NCBI GenBank assembly: GCA_963769935.1
Contig: CAVYNY010000016.1
Span: 288,001 to 352,000, forward strand
Length of the DNA: 64,000 nt
Reading direction: 5' to 3'
Origin: an uncultured delta proteobacterium
Lineage (GTDB): Bacteria > Desulfobacterota > Desulfobacteria > Desulfobacterales > JAFDCJ01
The notes under the pieces were generated by a model. That model ran no database searches, was not told the DNA's origin, and was given only the letters and a program-made list of their open reading frames with translations. A program made the translations under genes and the position numbers. Below are positions 1 through 9,418 of this stretch, piece by piece; the stretch's first letter is position 1; the number at the start of each line of letters is the position of its first letter.

Positions 1-342
1 CAGTATGTCGAAAAATTCATGGGACGGAAAATGAACCCGATCCACATGGTGGGCGGCGGGGCCGTCTCCAACATCTGGTGTCAAATTCACGCGGATGTTC
101 TTAATCGCACCATCAAGCAGGTCAGGGACCCGATCCAAACCAACGCCCGCGGCGCGGCTTTTATCGCCGCGGTGGGCCTGGGTTACATGACATTTGATGA
201 TATTCCCAGGTATATCCAAATCAGCGAGACTTATGAACCGAATCCGCAAAACCGCCGGATTTATGATCAGCTGTTTGCGGAGTTCCTGAACATATACAAA
301 AAAAATAAAGCCATTTTCAGGCGCCTGAATTCCCCCGGCTGA
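1..342 (+). CDS. FGGY-family carbohydrate kinase (xylulokinase-like), C-terminal part, cut by window edge
   Basis: VGGGAVSNIWCQIHADVL and ARGAAFIAAVGLG are FGGY C-terminal motifs. Confidence 0.85.
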   Translation, partial: QYVEKFMGRKMNPIHMVGGGAVSNIWCQIHADVLNRTIKQVRDPIQTNARGAAFIAAVGLGYMTFDDIPRYIQISETYEPNPQNRRIYDQLFAEFLNIYKKNKAIFRRLNSPG

Positions 343-500
343 TGCGCCTAAACGTTTGAGGGAAGCATTGGTTAGGAAATTTAAAAATAAAAATGCGCAG
401 CATATATTAATTAATCCGCCGGACCTTCGATCCAACGACTTTCTTCAATTTTACAAAAACGTTCATAGTCCCGAATATGCTATTTTTCAGGCCGGATTAA

Positions 501-1889
501 TTAGCTGTTGATTTTTTTCTGAGCCGTGATGCCGTATTTTTTCATGCGGTTCCAAACCGTGACCCGGGAAATCCCTAAAATCTCCGCTGCCCGGGACTGG
601 TTTCCGCCGGCATCTTCGAGGGCCTCGATCAACTCTCTTTTTTTCATTTGGCTGCGATTGAAAGGACCTTTTTTATTATTTTTAACAAGGGGCGGACTCT
701 GGTGGACGGGCGGCGGGAGATGTTCGGGCTGAATCATGGATTCCTGGCAGGCGACAAACACATACTCAAAGGCGCTTCTTAATTCCCTGACATTGCCGGG
801 CCAGGCGTATGCCATCAACAGCCGCATGGCTTCATTAGATATACCTAGAATTTTCCGATTGTTTTTTAATTTAATTCGCCGAAAAAAATATTCGGCCAGC
901 AACGGGATATCTTCCACCCGCTCTCTTAAGGGCGGGACCGTGATCGGGATGACGTTGATGCGGTAAAATAAATCCTCTCTGAAGGCACCCTGCTCCACCA
1001 ATTGCTTTAAATTGCGATTGGTGGCCGAAATGATTCTCACATCGATGGGAAGGGGCCGGTTGTCGCCGACACGTTCAACGATCTTTTCTTCCAATACCCG
1101 CAGCAGCTTGACCTGGGTGGATAAGGGCAGGTCTCCGATTTCGTCAAGAAAAATGTCGCCACCGTTGGCGGCCTCGAATCGCCCCTCACGGCTGCGATAG
1201 GCACCGGTAAAGGCGCCTTTGACGTGGCCGAAAAGCTCGCTTTCCAGCAGGGATTCCGTCAAGGCGGCACAATTAACCTTGACAAAGGGTCTGGCTTTCC
1301 GGGCTCCGCTGGTATGGATGGCCTTGGCCACAAGCTCTTTGCCGCAGCCGCTTTCGCCGAATATAATTACCGGTGCATCCGAGTGCGAGGCATTGCTGAT
1401 CAAATCAAATACCTGTTGCATGGATGCCGATGCCCCCAAGATCCCCTCAAATCCGTCTTCGGTGCGCAATTCGCGCCGAAAGGCTTCAATCTGGGTGTCT
1501 TTTTCGATCAATTCGTTGATGTCGGTCATCGTTTCCACCGCCCCCATCACGCTGCCGTCGGTGTCATGCAGCAGGGACGCATTTTTAAGCACATGTGTCC
1601 GTTCACCATCTTTTTTCGATAAGGCACATTTTCGCATGCTTACCCCTCCGGTTCTAAAGAGGCTGCACCACTTTTCACCTTTGCGTTCGCGGGCGATTTC
1701 GCAGATAGTGCAGTCTAAAATCGTACAGGGTTTTCCGATCAGTTCCTGCTTTGAATATCCGACTATCTTCTCCAAGGCTTTATTGACGGAAACAATGGTT
1801 CCGTCGGTATCGACGATCATAACGCCGTCCTGAATCGTGTTTACCACCGTTTTCCAATATCTGTTTAATTCCTGTTCAAGCATGTTCAA
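501..1889 (-). CDS. PAS-domain sigma54-dependent transcriptional activator (Fis-type HTH)
   Basis: N-terminal PAS, GESGCGKE Walker A, GAFTGA, FLDEIG, WPGNVREL, C-terminal NQSRAAEILGISR HTH. Confidence 0.95.
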   Translation of the reverse strand: MNMLEQELNRYWKTVVNTIQDGVMIVDTDGTIVSVNKALEKIVGYSKQELIGKPCTILDCTICEIARERKGEKWCSLFRTGGVSMRKCALSKKDGERTHVLKNASLLHDTDGSVMGAVETMTDINELIEKDTQIEAFRRELRTEDGFEGILGASASMQQVFDLISNASHSDAPVIIFGESGCGKELVAKAIHTSGARKARPFVKVNCAALTESLLESELFGHVKGAFTGAYRSREGRFEAANGGDIFLDEIGDLPLSTQVKLLRVLEEKIVERVGDNRPLPIDVRIISATNRNLKQLVEQGAFREDLFYRINVIPITVPPLRERVEDIPLLAEYFFRRIKLKNNRKILGISNEAMRLLMAYAWPGNVRELRSAFEYVFVACQESMIQPEHLPPPVHQSPPLVKNNKKGPFNRSQMKKRELIEALEDAGGNQSRAAEILGISRVTVWNRMKKYGITAQKKINS

Positions 1890-1895
1890 TTTTCC

Positions 1896-1966
1896 TGTTA
1901 AATTTTTAACATATGTTTGATATTTCTTTTAGCAGTTTAACAGGTTGCCGGCAAGCTTTTTTAACA
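1896..1966. promoter_or_regulatory. Candidate enhancer sites (UAS) for the sigma54 activator
   Basis: Palindrome TGTTAAA-TT-TTTAACA at 1896-1911 plus two more TTTAACA half-sites ending at 1942 and 1966, about 130-200 bp upstream of a -24/-12 promoter. Confidence 0.55.
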
Positions 1967-2098
1967 TCTTCTTTTACCCAATCGCTCCCGGAGCCATTTT
2001 CAGTAATTCAAAAATGTGCTGTAAGATTCCGGGAATATACATAATTATTTTTAAAATGCACGTGCAATCGTTCGTAAAATTAATACCCCGGTAAAACC

Positions 2099-2114
2099 TG
2101 GCATCGAACTTGCT
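2099..2114 (+). promoter_or_regulatory. Sigma54 (-24/-12) promoter of the tusA-hdr-qmoC-dsrE operon
   Basis: TGGCATCGAACTTGCT matches TGGCACG-N4-TTGC with exact GG/GC spacing; adjacent divergent activator gene. Confidence 0.85.
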
Positions 2115-2159
2115 CAATAAGATTTGAAACAGACCTGAGGTGTCGGTTTGAGGGAAACC

Positions 2160-2666
2160 ATGCAGCACAAGCTTGATCTACGAGGCGCTATCGTTCCTTT
2201 TTCTCTTCTTAAGGTGATCCAGGCGCTTAAACTGATGCAGACCGGTGAAACACTGGAAGTCTGCTGCAGTGATCCGGATGCGCCGGCCGATCTTTTCAAA
2301 GTTTTGCCGGATTCATCCTACGACCTGATAAGTCTCGAAGAGACGGCGGAGGCAGGGCCTGAATACCGAATTAAACTGGTAAAAAGACAATCAGTAAAAC
2401 CAACCAAGGAGGCAAAAATGACGGATTTAAGTTCAATTGAAGTTTCAAGTACAGTGGATGCCAGGGGCAGCGCTTGTCCGGGACCCCTGCTGGAAGCCAA
2501 GAAGGGCATCGGCAAGGTCAAAGTCGGCCAGATTCTCGAAATTTTTTCAAGCGACTCCGGCACTCGCAACGATATCCCGGCCTGGGCCAAAAAGGTCGGC
2601 CACGAGTACCTGGGCCTCCTGGAAACAGACGGCTACGACAAACATTATGTCCGCAGAAATAAATAG
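2160..2666 (+). CDS. tusA: Tandem TusA/SirA-family sulfurtransferase (two domains in frame; second has own RBS and ATG at 2418)
   Basis: Domain 1 LDLRGAIVPFSLL lacks the CPxP Cys; domain 2 has VDARGSACPGPLL; AAGGAGG before ATG 2418. Confidence 0.85.
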   Translation: MQHKLDLRGAIVPFSLLKVIQALKLMQTGETLEVCCSDPDAPADLFKVLPDSSYDLISLEETAEAGPEYRIKLVKRQSVKPTKEAKMTDLSSIEVSSTVDARGSACPGPLLEAKKGIGKVKVGQILEIFSSDSGTRNDIPAWAKKVGHEYLGLLETDGYDKHYVRRNK

Positions 2667-2674
2667 GCCGCATT

Positions 2675-3103
2675 ATGACGACACCGCAAAGTACTTCCCG
2701 CGAAGGCAAGATTTTGATCCTGGCAACTGAAACCTGCGCCTATCCCGGTGCCAACTCGGTGGGCCAGGCCCATTCAAGCTATCCGGCCAACACCTACATC
2801 ATGAGGGTCAGGGCGCCGGTTCTGTTCCCGGAACAGTTTTACCTTGATTGTTTTAAGAAAGGAATCGGCGGAATTATCATCATGTCCTGCGGCGAGGAAT
2901 GCCCGTACGAAGGCGCCTATCATGCCTTGGCGAAGCGCTTGGACCGGGTTTACGCTCTGATGAAAGTGCACAACCTGGAAATCCGCAGGCTGCGCCTGAC
3001 CGCCATCTGCACGGTGTGCAACCGGGCCTTTCTCAAAGAGGTCAATGATATGAACGCCCTGATTCAGGAAGTGGGGCCTCCCGAATACCGGGAGGCCGCC
3101 TGA
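2675..3103 (+). CDS. mvhD: MvhD/FlpD-like hydrogenase iron-sulfur delta subunit, atypical Cys pattern
   Basis: CAYPGANSVG..YP..MRV, GGIIIMSCGEECPY, RRLRLTAI align with MvhD layout; next to hdrA. Confidence 0.75.
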   Translation: MTTPQSTSREGKILILATETCAYPGANSVGQAHSSYPANTYIMRVRAPVLFPEQFYLDCFKKGIGGIIIMSCGEECPYEGAYHALAKRLDRVYALMKVHNLEIRRLRLTAICTVCNRAFLKEVNDMNALIQEVGPPEYREAA

Positions 3104-3118
3104 CAACGACCGGACCTT

Positions 3119-3377
3119 ACCACCAGGCACAGAGAGCACGGAGATTAGTTTTTTTTTCGTTTGCCGGAGGCCTACCACTAAATAATATGATCCGACAGGT
3201 CATCCCGCCCGGCGGGGGAAATGACGGCAAACGAAAAGATATCGATGCTGCCGCATAAAGAAAATCTGAGTTCCAACAGGCAGCGTTGCCTTCACCGAAG
3301 GTTCAGGTTTTTTGCCCATCGGTCCGCCTCTGGCGGAATGGGCAAAAATAAGCAGCGGCTCTGTGTCTCAGTGGTGA
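3119..3377. repeat. Intergenic inverted-repeat element (CACAGAG..CTCTGTG family)
   Basis: caccaggcacagagagc at left end and gctctgtgtctcagtggtg at right end; related elements at 4905-4997 and 14455-14543. Confidence 0.55.
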
Positions 3378-3445
3378 AAAAATATTACGATGGAAAGCGA
3401 TACGCAGTGTGCCTGCTGCGCGACCTAAACCATCTGGAGGAAAGA

Positions 3446-4792
3446 ATGGGAAACTTAAATGTCATGGAATTCGATGCCATGGTTGTCGGCGGCGGAATCG
3501 CCGGTTTACAAACGGCACTGGACCTGGCGGATCAAAATTTCAAAGTGGCGGTGGTAGAAAAAGATGCCACCATCGGCGGCAAAATGATCCGATTGTCCAA
3601 AGTTTTCCCCACCCTGGACTGCGCCAGCTGTATCACCACGCCCAAAATGGCATCCGCCGCCCACCATGACAATATATCTATTTTCACCTATTGCGACGTA
3701 AACACCATCGAGCGCGAAAAGGATGGCATCGTCGCCTCCCTGACCCAACGGCCTCGCTATGTGGATGCGGATAAATGCATCGGCTGCCGTCAGTGTGAAT
3801 ATGGCTGCCCCGTGTATGTGCCCGATGAAGAGCAGGGGGGATTCACCCTGCGCAAGGCCATTCGCATTCCCTTTTCAAATGCCATTCCCCAAATTGCGGT
3901 GCTGGATGTTGAAAACTGTTCACTTTGCGGCAAATGTGCCCAGATCTGCCCGACCGAGGCCGTAGACTATTTCGCGCAGCCCGAAAATTTTGTCATCAAG
4001 GCCAAAACAGCGGTTTTGGCCACCGGGTTTAAATTGACCGACCCCCACCAGAAAAAAGAATACGGGCAGGGTCAGGTCGAAAACGTCATTACTTCCATGC
4101 AGATGGAGCGTCTGCTGGCACCGCACGGCCCCTACCAGCGGGTCATTCGGCCGTCCGACGGCAAGGAACCTGAATCGATTGCCTATGTGCAGTGCGCCGG
4201 CTCCCGGGATAAAAGCCTGGGGGTTTCCTACTGCTCACGGGTTTGCTGCATGTATGCCATCAAGCAGGCCATGCTGCTTTCCGGATCGCTGCCCCTGGCG
4301 GACATCACCATTTACTATATGGACATCCGGGCCTTCGGCAAAGGCTATGAACAATTCTATCAAAACGCCAAGGCCATGGGCATAGAATTTGTCAAAGCCA
4401 AGGTGGCCAAAATTTCGCGGGGCGAGAACCAGTCTGTCCAGCTGCGCTATGAAAATCAGGAGGGCGATGGCGGCGTGTCGACCCGGCAGCATGACCTGGT
4501 GGTGCTTTCACTGGGAATGGTGCCGGAATGGAATCCGGCCGGAATCTGTCCGGTATCGACCGATTCGGACGCCTTTATCAAAACCATCATGCCTAAAATT
4601 GCGCCGACCATCACGGACATCGAAGGCATATTTGCAGCCGGTGTGGCGGCAGGCCCCAAAGATATTGTGGACACCATCGCCGAAGCCGGAGCGGCCGCTA
4701 TGGAGGCATCCAATTATTTATTCCAATTAAAAAAGACAGATGACAGAGAACAGAAGACTGAAGAAAGAATCCAGGCTATTGCAGCAGGGTGA
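3446..4792 (+). CDS. hdrA: HdrA/QmoA-like flavoprotein with inserted 2x[4Fe-4S] ferredoxin domain
   Basis: GGAGG RBS before ATG 3446; VVGGGIAG, KVFPTLDCASCI, CIGCRQC, CSLCGKC, QCAGSRD..YCSRVCCMY, YMDIRAFGKGYE, GPKDI. Confidence 0.92.
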   Translation: MGNLNVMEFDAMVVGGGIAGLQTALDLADQNFKVAVVEKDATIGGKMIRLSKVFPTLDCASCITTPKMASAAHHDNISIFTYCDVNTIEREKDGIVASLTQRPRYVDADKCIGCRQCEYGCPVYVPDEEQGGFTLRKAIRIPFSNAIPQIAVLDVENCSLCGKCAQICPTEAVDYFAQPENFVIKAKTAVLATGFKLTDPHQKKEYGQGQVENVITSMQMERLLAPHGPYQRVIRPSDGKEPESIAYVQCAGSRDKSLGVSYCSRVCCMYAIKQAMLLSGSLPLADITIYYMDIRAFGKGYEQFYQNAKAMGIEFVKAKVAKISRGENQSVQLRYENQEGDGGVSTRQHDLVVLSLGMVPEWNPAGICPVSTDSDAFIKTIMPKIAPTITDIEGIFAAGVAAGPKDIVDTIAEAGAAAMEASNYLFQLKKTDDREQKTEERIQAIAAG

Positions 4793-4904
4793 CCGCCAAA
4801 TCTGTAAGCAGTCACCTGACCTAAGGTCTTTGTCGTCAAGCATCAAGCATGAGACTTCATGAAATACGATGCCCTTTTCATGAAGCAGCCTGGTGGCGAT
4901 TCAG

Positions 4905-4997
4905 TTCACCGCAGAGATCGCGGAGGTCGCTGAGATCAGGAAATTTTTTAATCTTTATGAGGGTTCCCTCAGCGTTCTCTGCGCACTCAGCGGTGAA
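4905..4997. repeat. Intergenic palindromic element
   Basis: ttcaccgcagag..gctgag / ctcagcg..ctcagcggtgaa inverted arms. Confidence 0.6.
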
Positions 4998-5050
4998 ATA
5001 TTAAATTTTATTTTCGATCGAACCGACTGCTGAAAACGGGAGTTTAATTT

Positions 5051-6961
5051 ATGTCATCGATACCCGAAAAAAAAGAAAAAGGAGCTGAAGCCAAGGTTGG
5101 GGTGTACATCTGCCACTGCGGAGGCAACATCTCCGACCACGTGGATGTTCATCAACTGGCGGACAGCGTTAAAGATCTGCCCGGCGTGACGGCAACCCAC
5201 ACCAACATGTTCATGTGTTCGGATCCCGGGCAGGAATTGATCCAGCAGGATATAAAAAGCGGTAAAATCAACCGGGTGGTGGTGGCTTCCTGTGCCCCCA
5301 GTCTCCACGAATTGACTTTTCGCAGCGCTATCAAAAGATCCGGCATGAACCCCTATCTCTATGAGCATGCCAACATCCGCGAGCAGGTCAGCTGGGTGCA
5401 TGACGGCGAAAAAGCGACCCGCAAAGCCACCGGTCTGGTGGCGGCTGCAGTTTCAAAAGCCAAGCGCCTCCAGACCCTGGAACCGATTCGGGTGGATGCC
5501 GCCAATCACGCCACCGTCATCGGCGGCGGCGTCGCCGGCCTGCGGGCGGCGCTGGATCTTTCAAGGCGGGGTATCAATGTTGCTTTGGTGGAAAAGTCAC
5601 CCTTCCTGGGGGGCCGGATGTCCCGGCTGGACAGTCTGTACCCCACCGGCGAAAAGGCCGGGGAATTGATCCAGCACCTGGCGGCGGCGGTTTGTGCGGA
5701 CCCTCGCATCACGGTGTTCACTTGCGCCGAGGTAGTCAAATCGGAAGGATACGTGGGAAATTTCAGGATAACCGTTAAAAAACGACCGCCGGCAGCACCC
5801 GCTGATCTGGCCGGACTTGATATGCTGGTCCAACAAAATGCAGGGGTGGGTGACTATCTGCCTTTTGCCGGCTATTATCCGGCTGCGGTTGCCGAAGATA
5901 CGCAGGAATCAGTCCTGGAAAGCGGTGTGATCGTCTTTGCCACGGGTTTTCAAACCTATCAGCCTCACCAAGGCGAATACGGGTATCAATTGCATCCGGC
6001 CGTCATTACCCTGCCGGAATTGATCCGTCATCTGGCGGCAAATTCCTCCAAGGGCGATGCCCTTCGCATCAACGGCAAAAAGGTCGATCGGGTCGCCCTG
6101 ATCCACTGCGTGGGAAGCCGGCAGATTCCGGGTATTCATGAAGAGAATCCCGACGGAACGCTGAACGAATACTGCTCGCGTACCTGCTGCACGGCCACCT
6201 TGCAGGCGGCCTGTGAAATCAGAAAACGATATCCTGCCACCCATGTTTTTGAATATTATCGCGATATCAGAACCTATGGCCGCGGCCAGGAAGAATATTA
6301 TGAGCGCGCCGGTCAAAATAATGTGACGTTTTTTCGTTTTGAGCCGGAGAATCCTCCGGTCGTCGAAATCTCGGAAAGGGCCGATCATCCCTTAACCATA
6401 AATGTCATCGACACCTTGACATTTGGGGAGAAAATCCAGGCTGAGGTCGATCTCGTGGTGCTGGCGGTCGGTATGGAGCCCAATAACATCAACGATCTGG
6501 TGGATATGATGAAGCTGCCGACCGGAGCCGATCGTTTCCTGCAGGAAGTCCACCCCAAACTCAGACCGGTGGAATTGGCCAATACGGGAATTTTGCTGGC
6601 CGGTACCTGCCAGGCGCCTATGGATATCGGAGAAGCCTGCTCAGCGGCCCAGGCGGCTGCGGCCAAGGCGACATCCATGCTGGCCAGAGGCTATGTTGAA
6701 CTGGATCCCTTCGTGGCCCAAGTCAATCTGGATCGTTGCAACGGGGCCGGCCAGTGTGCCGCGGCCTGTCCGATTTCCGACGCCATTGCCCTGGTGGAAA
6801 TGGAGATAGAGGGGCAAACCTTAAAACGCGCCCGGGTAAATCCGGCCCTGTGCACCGGATGCGGTATTTGTGTGGCGGTCTGCCCTGCGAATGCCTTGAA
6901 TATCAACGGATGGACCCTGCAGCAATACGAGGAGATGGTGGATGCGATCGTGGCGGCATGA
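5051..6961 (+). CDS. hdrA: HdrA-like flavoprotein with N-terminal Cys domain and C-terminal ferredoxin
   Basis: VGVYICHCGGNI, MCS, ASC, ANIREQ, VIGGGVAG, HCVGSR..YCSRTCC, YRDIRTYG, HPKLRP, CTGCGICVAVC. Confidence 0.92.
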   Translation: MSSIPEKKEKGAEAKVGVYICHCGGNISDHVDVHQLADSVKDLPGVTATHTNMFMCSDPGQELIQQDIKSGKINRVVVASCAPSLHELTFRSAIKRSGMNPYLYEHANIREQVSWVHDGEKATRKATGLVAAAVSKAKRLQTLEPIRVDAANHATVIGGGVAGLRAALDLSRRGINVALVEKSPFLGGRMSRLDSLYPTGEKAGELIQHLAAAVCADPRITVFTCAEVVKSEGYVGNFRITVKKRPPAAPADLAGLDMLVQQNAGVGDYLPFAGYYPAAVAEDTQESVLESGVIVFATGFQTYQPHQGEYGYQLHPAVITLPELIRHLAANSSKGDALRINGKKVDRVALIHCVGSRQIPGIHEENPDGTLNEYCSRTCCTATLQAACEIRKRYPATHVFEYYRDIRTYGRGQEEYYERAGQNNVTFFRFEPENPPVVEISERADHPLTINVIDTLTFGEKIQAEVDLVVLAVGMEPNNINDLVDMMKLPTGADRFLQEVHPKLRPVELANTGILLAGTCQAPMDIGEACSAAQAAAAKATSMLARGYVELDPFVAQVNLDRCNGAGQCAAACPISDAIALVEMEIEGQTLKRARVNPALCTGCGICVAVCPANALNINGWTLQQYEEMVDAIVAA

Positions 6962-7117
6962 GAATTTGGCAGAGGAAGGCAAAGGGCAGAGTGAAAAAAG
7001 AAGTTAGGAAATTGAGAAGTTGGGAGGCCGTAGGGCTCTAAAATTGAAAAGACAGAGCGAAGCGATACAACAAATCTTCAATATTCAATTCAGGCTTGTC
7101 CGGGGTAGGAGTCACTC

Positions 7118-7402
7118 ATGAGCGAGAAAAAGATGGCCAATAAGGAAGCGTTGAAAAAATTGCGCGAAGAACGCCGCGCTTGGGTGGAAAACGCTAAAAA
7201 GTCGATTAAAGCCCAGAATCAGATCATCAAACAAATTAAAGCCCAGATCAGCGATGCAGCCAAAACAATTCCTGAAATCGCCCAGGCGACCGATATGTCG
7301 ACCTCACAAGTAGTCCTATATATTTCCGGGCTGAAAAAATACGGTATCGTGGCCGAAGCCGAAAAAGACGGGGACTACTTTCGCTACCGTCTGGCATCTT
7401 GA
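7118..7402 (+). CDS. Small winged-helix domain protein
   Basis: TIPEIAQATDMSTSQVVLYISGLKKYGIV..YFRY helix-turn-helix-wing pattern; AGGAG RBS. Confidence 0.75.
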   Translation: MSEKKMANKEALKKLREERRAWVENAKKSIKAQNQIIKQIKAQISDAAKTIPEIAQATDMSTSQVVLYISGLKKYGIVAEAEKDGDYFRYRLAS

Positions 7403-7534
7403 AAATGCGATTCGCCGAGGTTTAGTTCATTCTGCACAGCAGAGACGCAGAACCAAAAAAAGATTTTGACAATTGAGACGCGGGTCTCATAAACAGGAAA
7501 AAATCACTCTAAAGCAATTCTATGGAGAACTGAT

Positions 7535-8677
7535 ATGTGTTCAACGGTCAATCCTGATTTGTTGCTCAACCTGAAAAAATTTGGTGTCCAGGACGCCGCC
7601 ACCTGTTTTAACTGCGGCAACTGTACGGCTGTATGCTCACTGTCATCGGAGTCCACCCCGTTTCCACGCAAAACCATCCGGTACCTGCAGCTTGGACTGG
7701 ATGACAAAATATTGGAGAGCCCGGAACCTTGGCTCTGCTATTATTGCGGTGATTGCAGCGATACCTGCCCCCGCCAGGCCAATCCAGGCGAGGTGATGAT
7801 GGGTTTGCGGCGCTACCTGACATCGCGTTATGACTGGACGGGAATTTCACGCCTGTTTTATACTTCCAAGGTATTTGAAGTCCTGTCTATCCTGGTGGTG
7901 GCGGCGGCGGTCGGGATGGCATTTTATTTTTTTCACGGGCCCATGCTGACCGACCGGGTCACGCTCAATGTGTTTGCACCCAACACGATCATTGAGATTT
8001 TGGATTTGATTTTGCTGGCGGTGCTGTCTTTTCTACTTTTAAGCAATGCCTTTCGAATGTCCAAAGCGGTGATGGGTAATCCCGGCCGGTCATTCCTAAA
8101 GGGAAGCCTGATATTCGGGATCCCCGTGCAAGCGTATTTGCGAGCAGCCGGAGAGCTTGTGACCCAGTTTGTTACGCAGAAACGATTCGATTCATGCGGC
8201 AGCCGCTCGCAGCGAACCCAATGGTTTGTCCATTTGCTGATCATGACCGGATACTCCATCGTCTTTTTGCTGGTAGTTCTGGGAATCCGGTGGTTTCAAC
8301 GCGATGAAATTTATGCCCTCTGGCATCCGGTGCGGTTGTTGGGTTACTATGCCACCTTTGCAATTTTATACGGAGTTTCTTTCGCCATCATCGGACGCCT
8401 GAAAAAGAGCAAAAGTGTTTATCAGCACACCCATTCGACCGACTGGGCCTTTTTAATTCTTCTGTGGCTGACCACCTTTTCCGGAATTCTCATCCACGCC
8501 GCCCGCCTGCTGGAGCTGCCGCTTACCACCTATTACTTATATGTGATTCATTTGATGATTGCGGTTCCCATGCTGGTGATTGAAGTCCCATTTGCCAAGT
8601 GGACGCATCAACTTTATCGGCCGCTGATTCTTTACCTGATGAAAGTCAAGGCCACCGCCGTCAAGGCCGAAGCCTGA
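7535..8677 (+). CDS. QmoC-like membrane subunit (HdrC-like dicluster domain fused to cytochrome b-type membrane domain)
   Basis: CFNCGNCTAVC and WLCYYCGDCSDTCP, several hydrophobic helices, His in VHLLIMTG, IHLM, KWTH. Confidence 0.85.
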   Translation: MCSTVNPDLLLNLKKFGVQDAATCFNCGNCTAVCSLSSESTPFPRKTIRYLQLGLDDKILESPEPWLCYYCGDCSDTCPRQANPGEVMMGLRRYLTSRYDWTGISRLFYTSKVFEVLSILVVAAAVGMAFYFFHGPMLTDRVTLNVFAPNTIIEILDLILLAVLSFLLLSNAFRMSKAVMGNPGRSFLKGSLIFGIPVQAYLRAAGELVTQFVTQKRFDSCGSRSQRTQWFVHLLIMTGYSIVFLLVVLGIRWFQRDEIYALWHPVRLLGYYATFAILYGVSFAIIGRLKKSKSVYQHTHSTDWAFLILLWLTTFSGILIHAARLLELPLTTYYLYVIHLMIAVPMLVIEVPFAKWTHQLYRPLILYLMKVKATAVKAEA

Positions 8678-8750
8678 AGTAAAATGTACGTTCAATCATT
8701 AACTATCTCTTCAACCTGTTAATCAAAAGCACCAATTGAAAGGAGCAAAC

Positions 8751-9128
8751 ATGGCAGAAAATCAAGAAGAAAAAATACTTTATATCGCAACCTGCGCGGG
8801 CGACAATCCGGAAAAAGCCGCGATGCCGCTTGTGATGGCAAATGCCGCACTGGCCATGGATATCAAAGCCACCGTCGTTCTGCAGGGTAATGGGGTTTAC
8901 CTGGCCCAAAAAGGCTATGCGGAGAAGATGCTTGCCGCCGGAGGCTTCCCCCCGGTCAAGGAACTGCTGGATAGTTTTATGGAGCTCGGCGGCGAATTAA
9001 AGGTCTGTGTGCCCTGCCTTAAAAGCCGCAATATAGAGGAGTCCGAATTGGTCCAGGGTGCCCAGACAACCGCCGCCGGCGCCCTGAATATTGCTGCCGT
9101 CGAGGCCAAGGCGGTCATGGTGTATTAA
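8751..9128 (+). CDS. DsrE-family protein
   Basis: AMPLVMANAALAMD..QGNGVYL..LKVCVPCL; AAGGAG RBS. Confidence 0.85.
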   Translation: MAENQEEKILYIATCAGDNPEKAAMPLVMANAALAMDIKATVVLQGNGVYLAQKGYAEKMLAAGGFPPVKELLDSFMELGGELKVCVPCLKSRNIEESELVQGAQTTAAGALNIAAVEAKAVMVY

Positions 9129-9134
9129 AGCGGG

Positions 9135-9348
9135 TCGCGCGGTGCGCGGTGCGCGGTGCGAGATGCGGAGAATAGAAGTTTGTTGAGTTCATTGAGTTTG
9201 TTGAGTTGATTGGGCGGATTGAGTTGATTCGGCTGAACCGACTTGTACTGCCCAATTTCTCAACCTCTCAACTTCCCAGCTTCTGATCTTCTTAGCTTCT
9301 CTAATCTTCTCGCTTAAACCTGACACCTGAAACCCGACACCTGAAACC
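9135..9348. repeat. Low-complexity short tandem repeats
   Basis: (gcgcggt)n, (ttgagtt)n and gacacctgaaacc x2. Confidence 0.6.
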
Positions 9349-9418
9349 TTAATAAGCTTCTTCTGGCAACATGTTGTCAGATAAAACGCCTTGAGGGCAT
9401 ATATGAGGTATAGTTAAA

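Noticed and set aside
3221..3445. 75-aa N-terminal extension of the first HdrA
   Set aside because: Translates an intergenic repeat; GGAGG RBS supports ATG 3446
9135..9348. CRISPR array
   Set aside because: Repeats are 7-14 bp with no unique spacers and no cas genes; no CRISPR, tRNA or rRNA was recognised in the window
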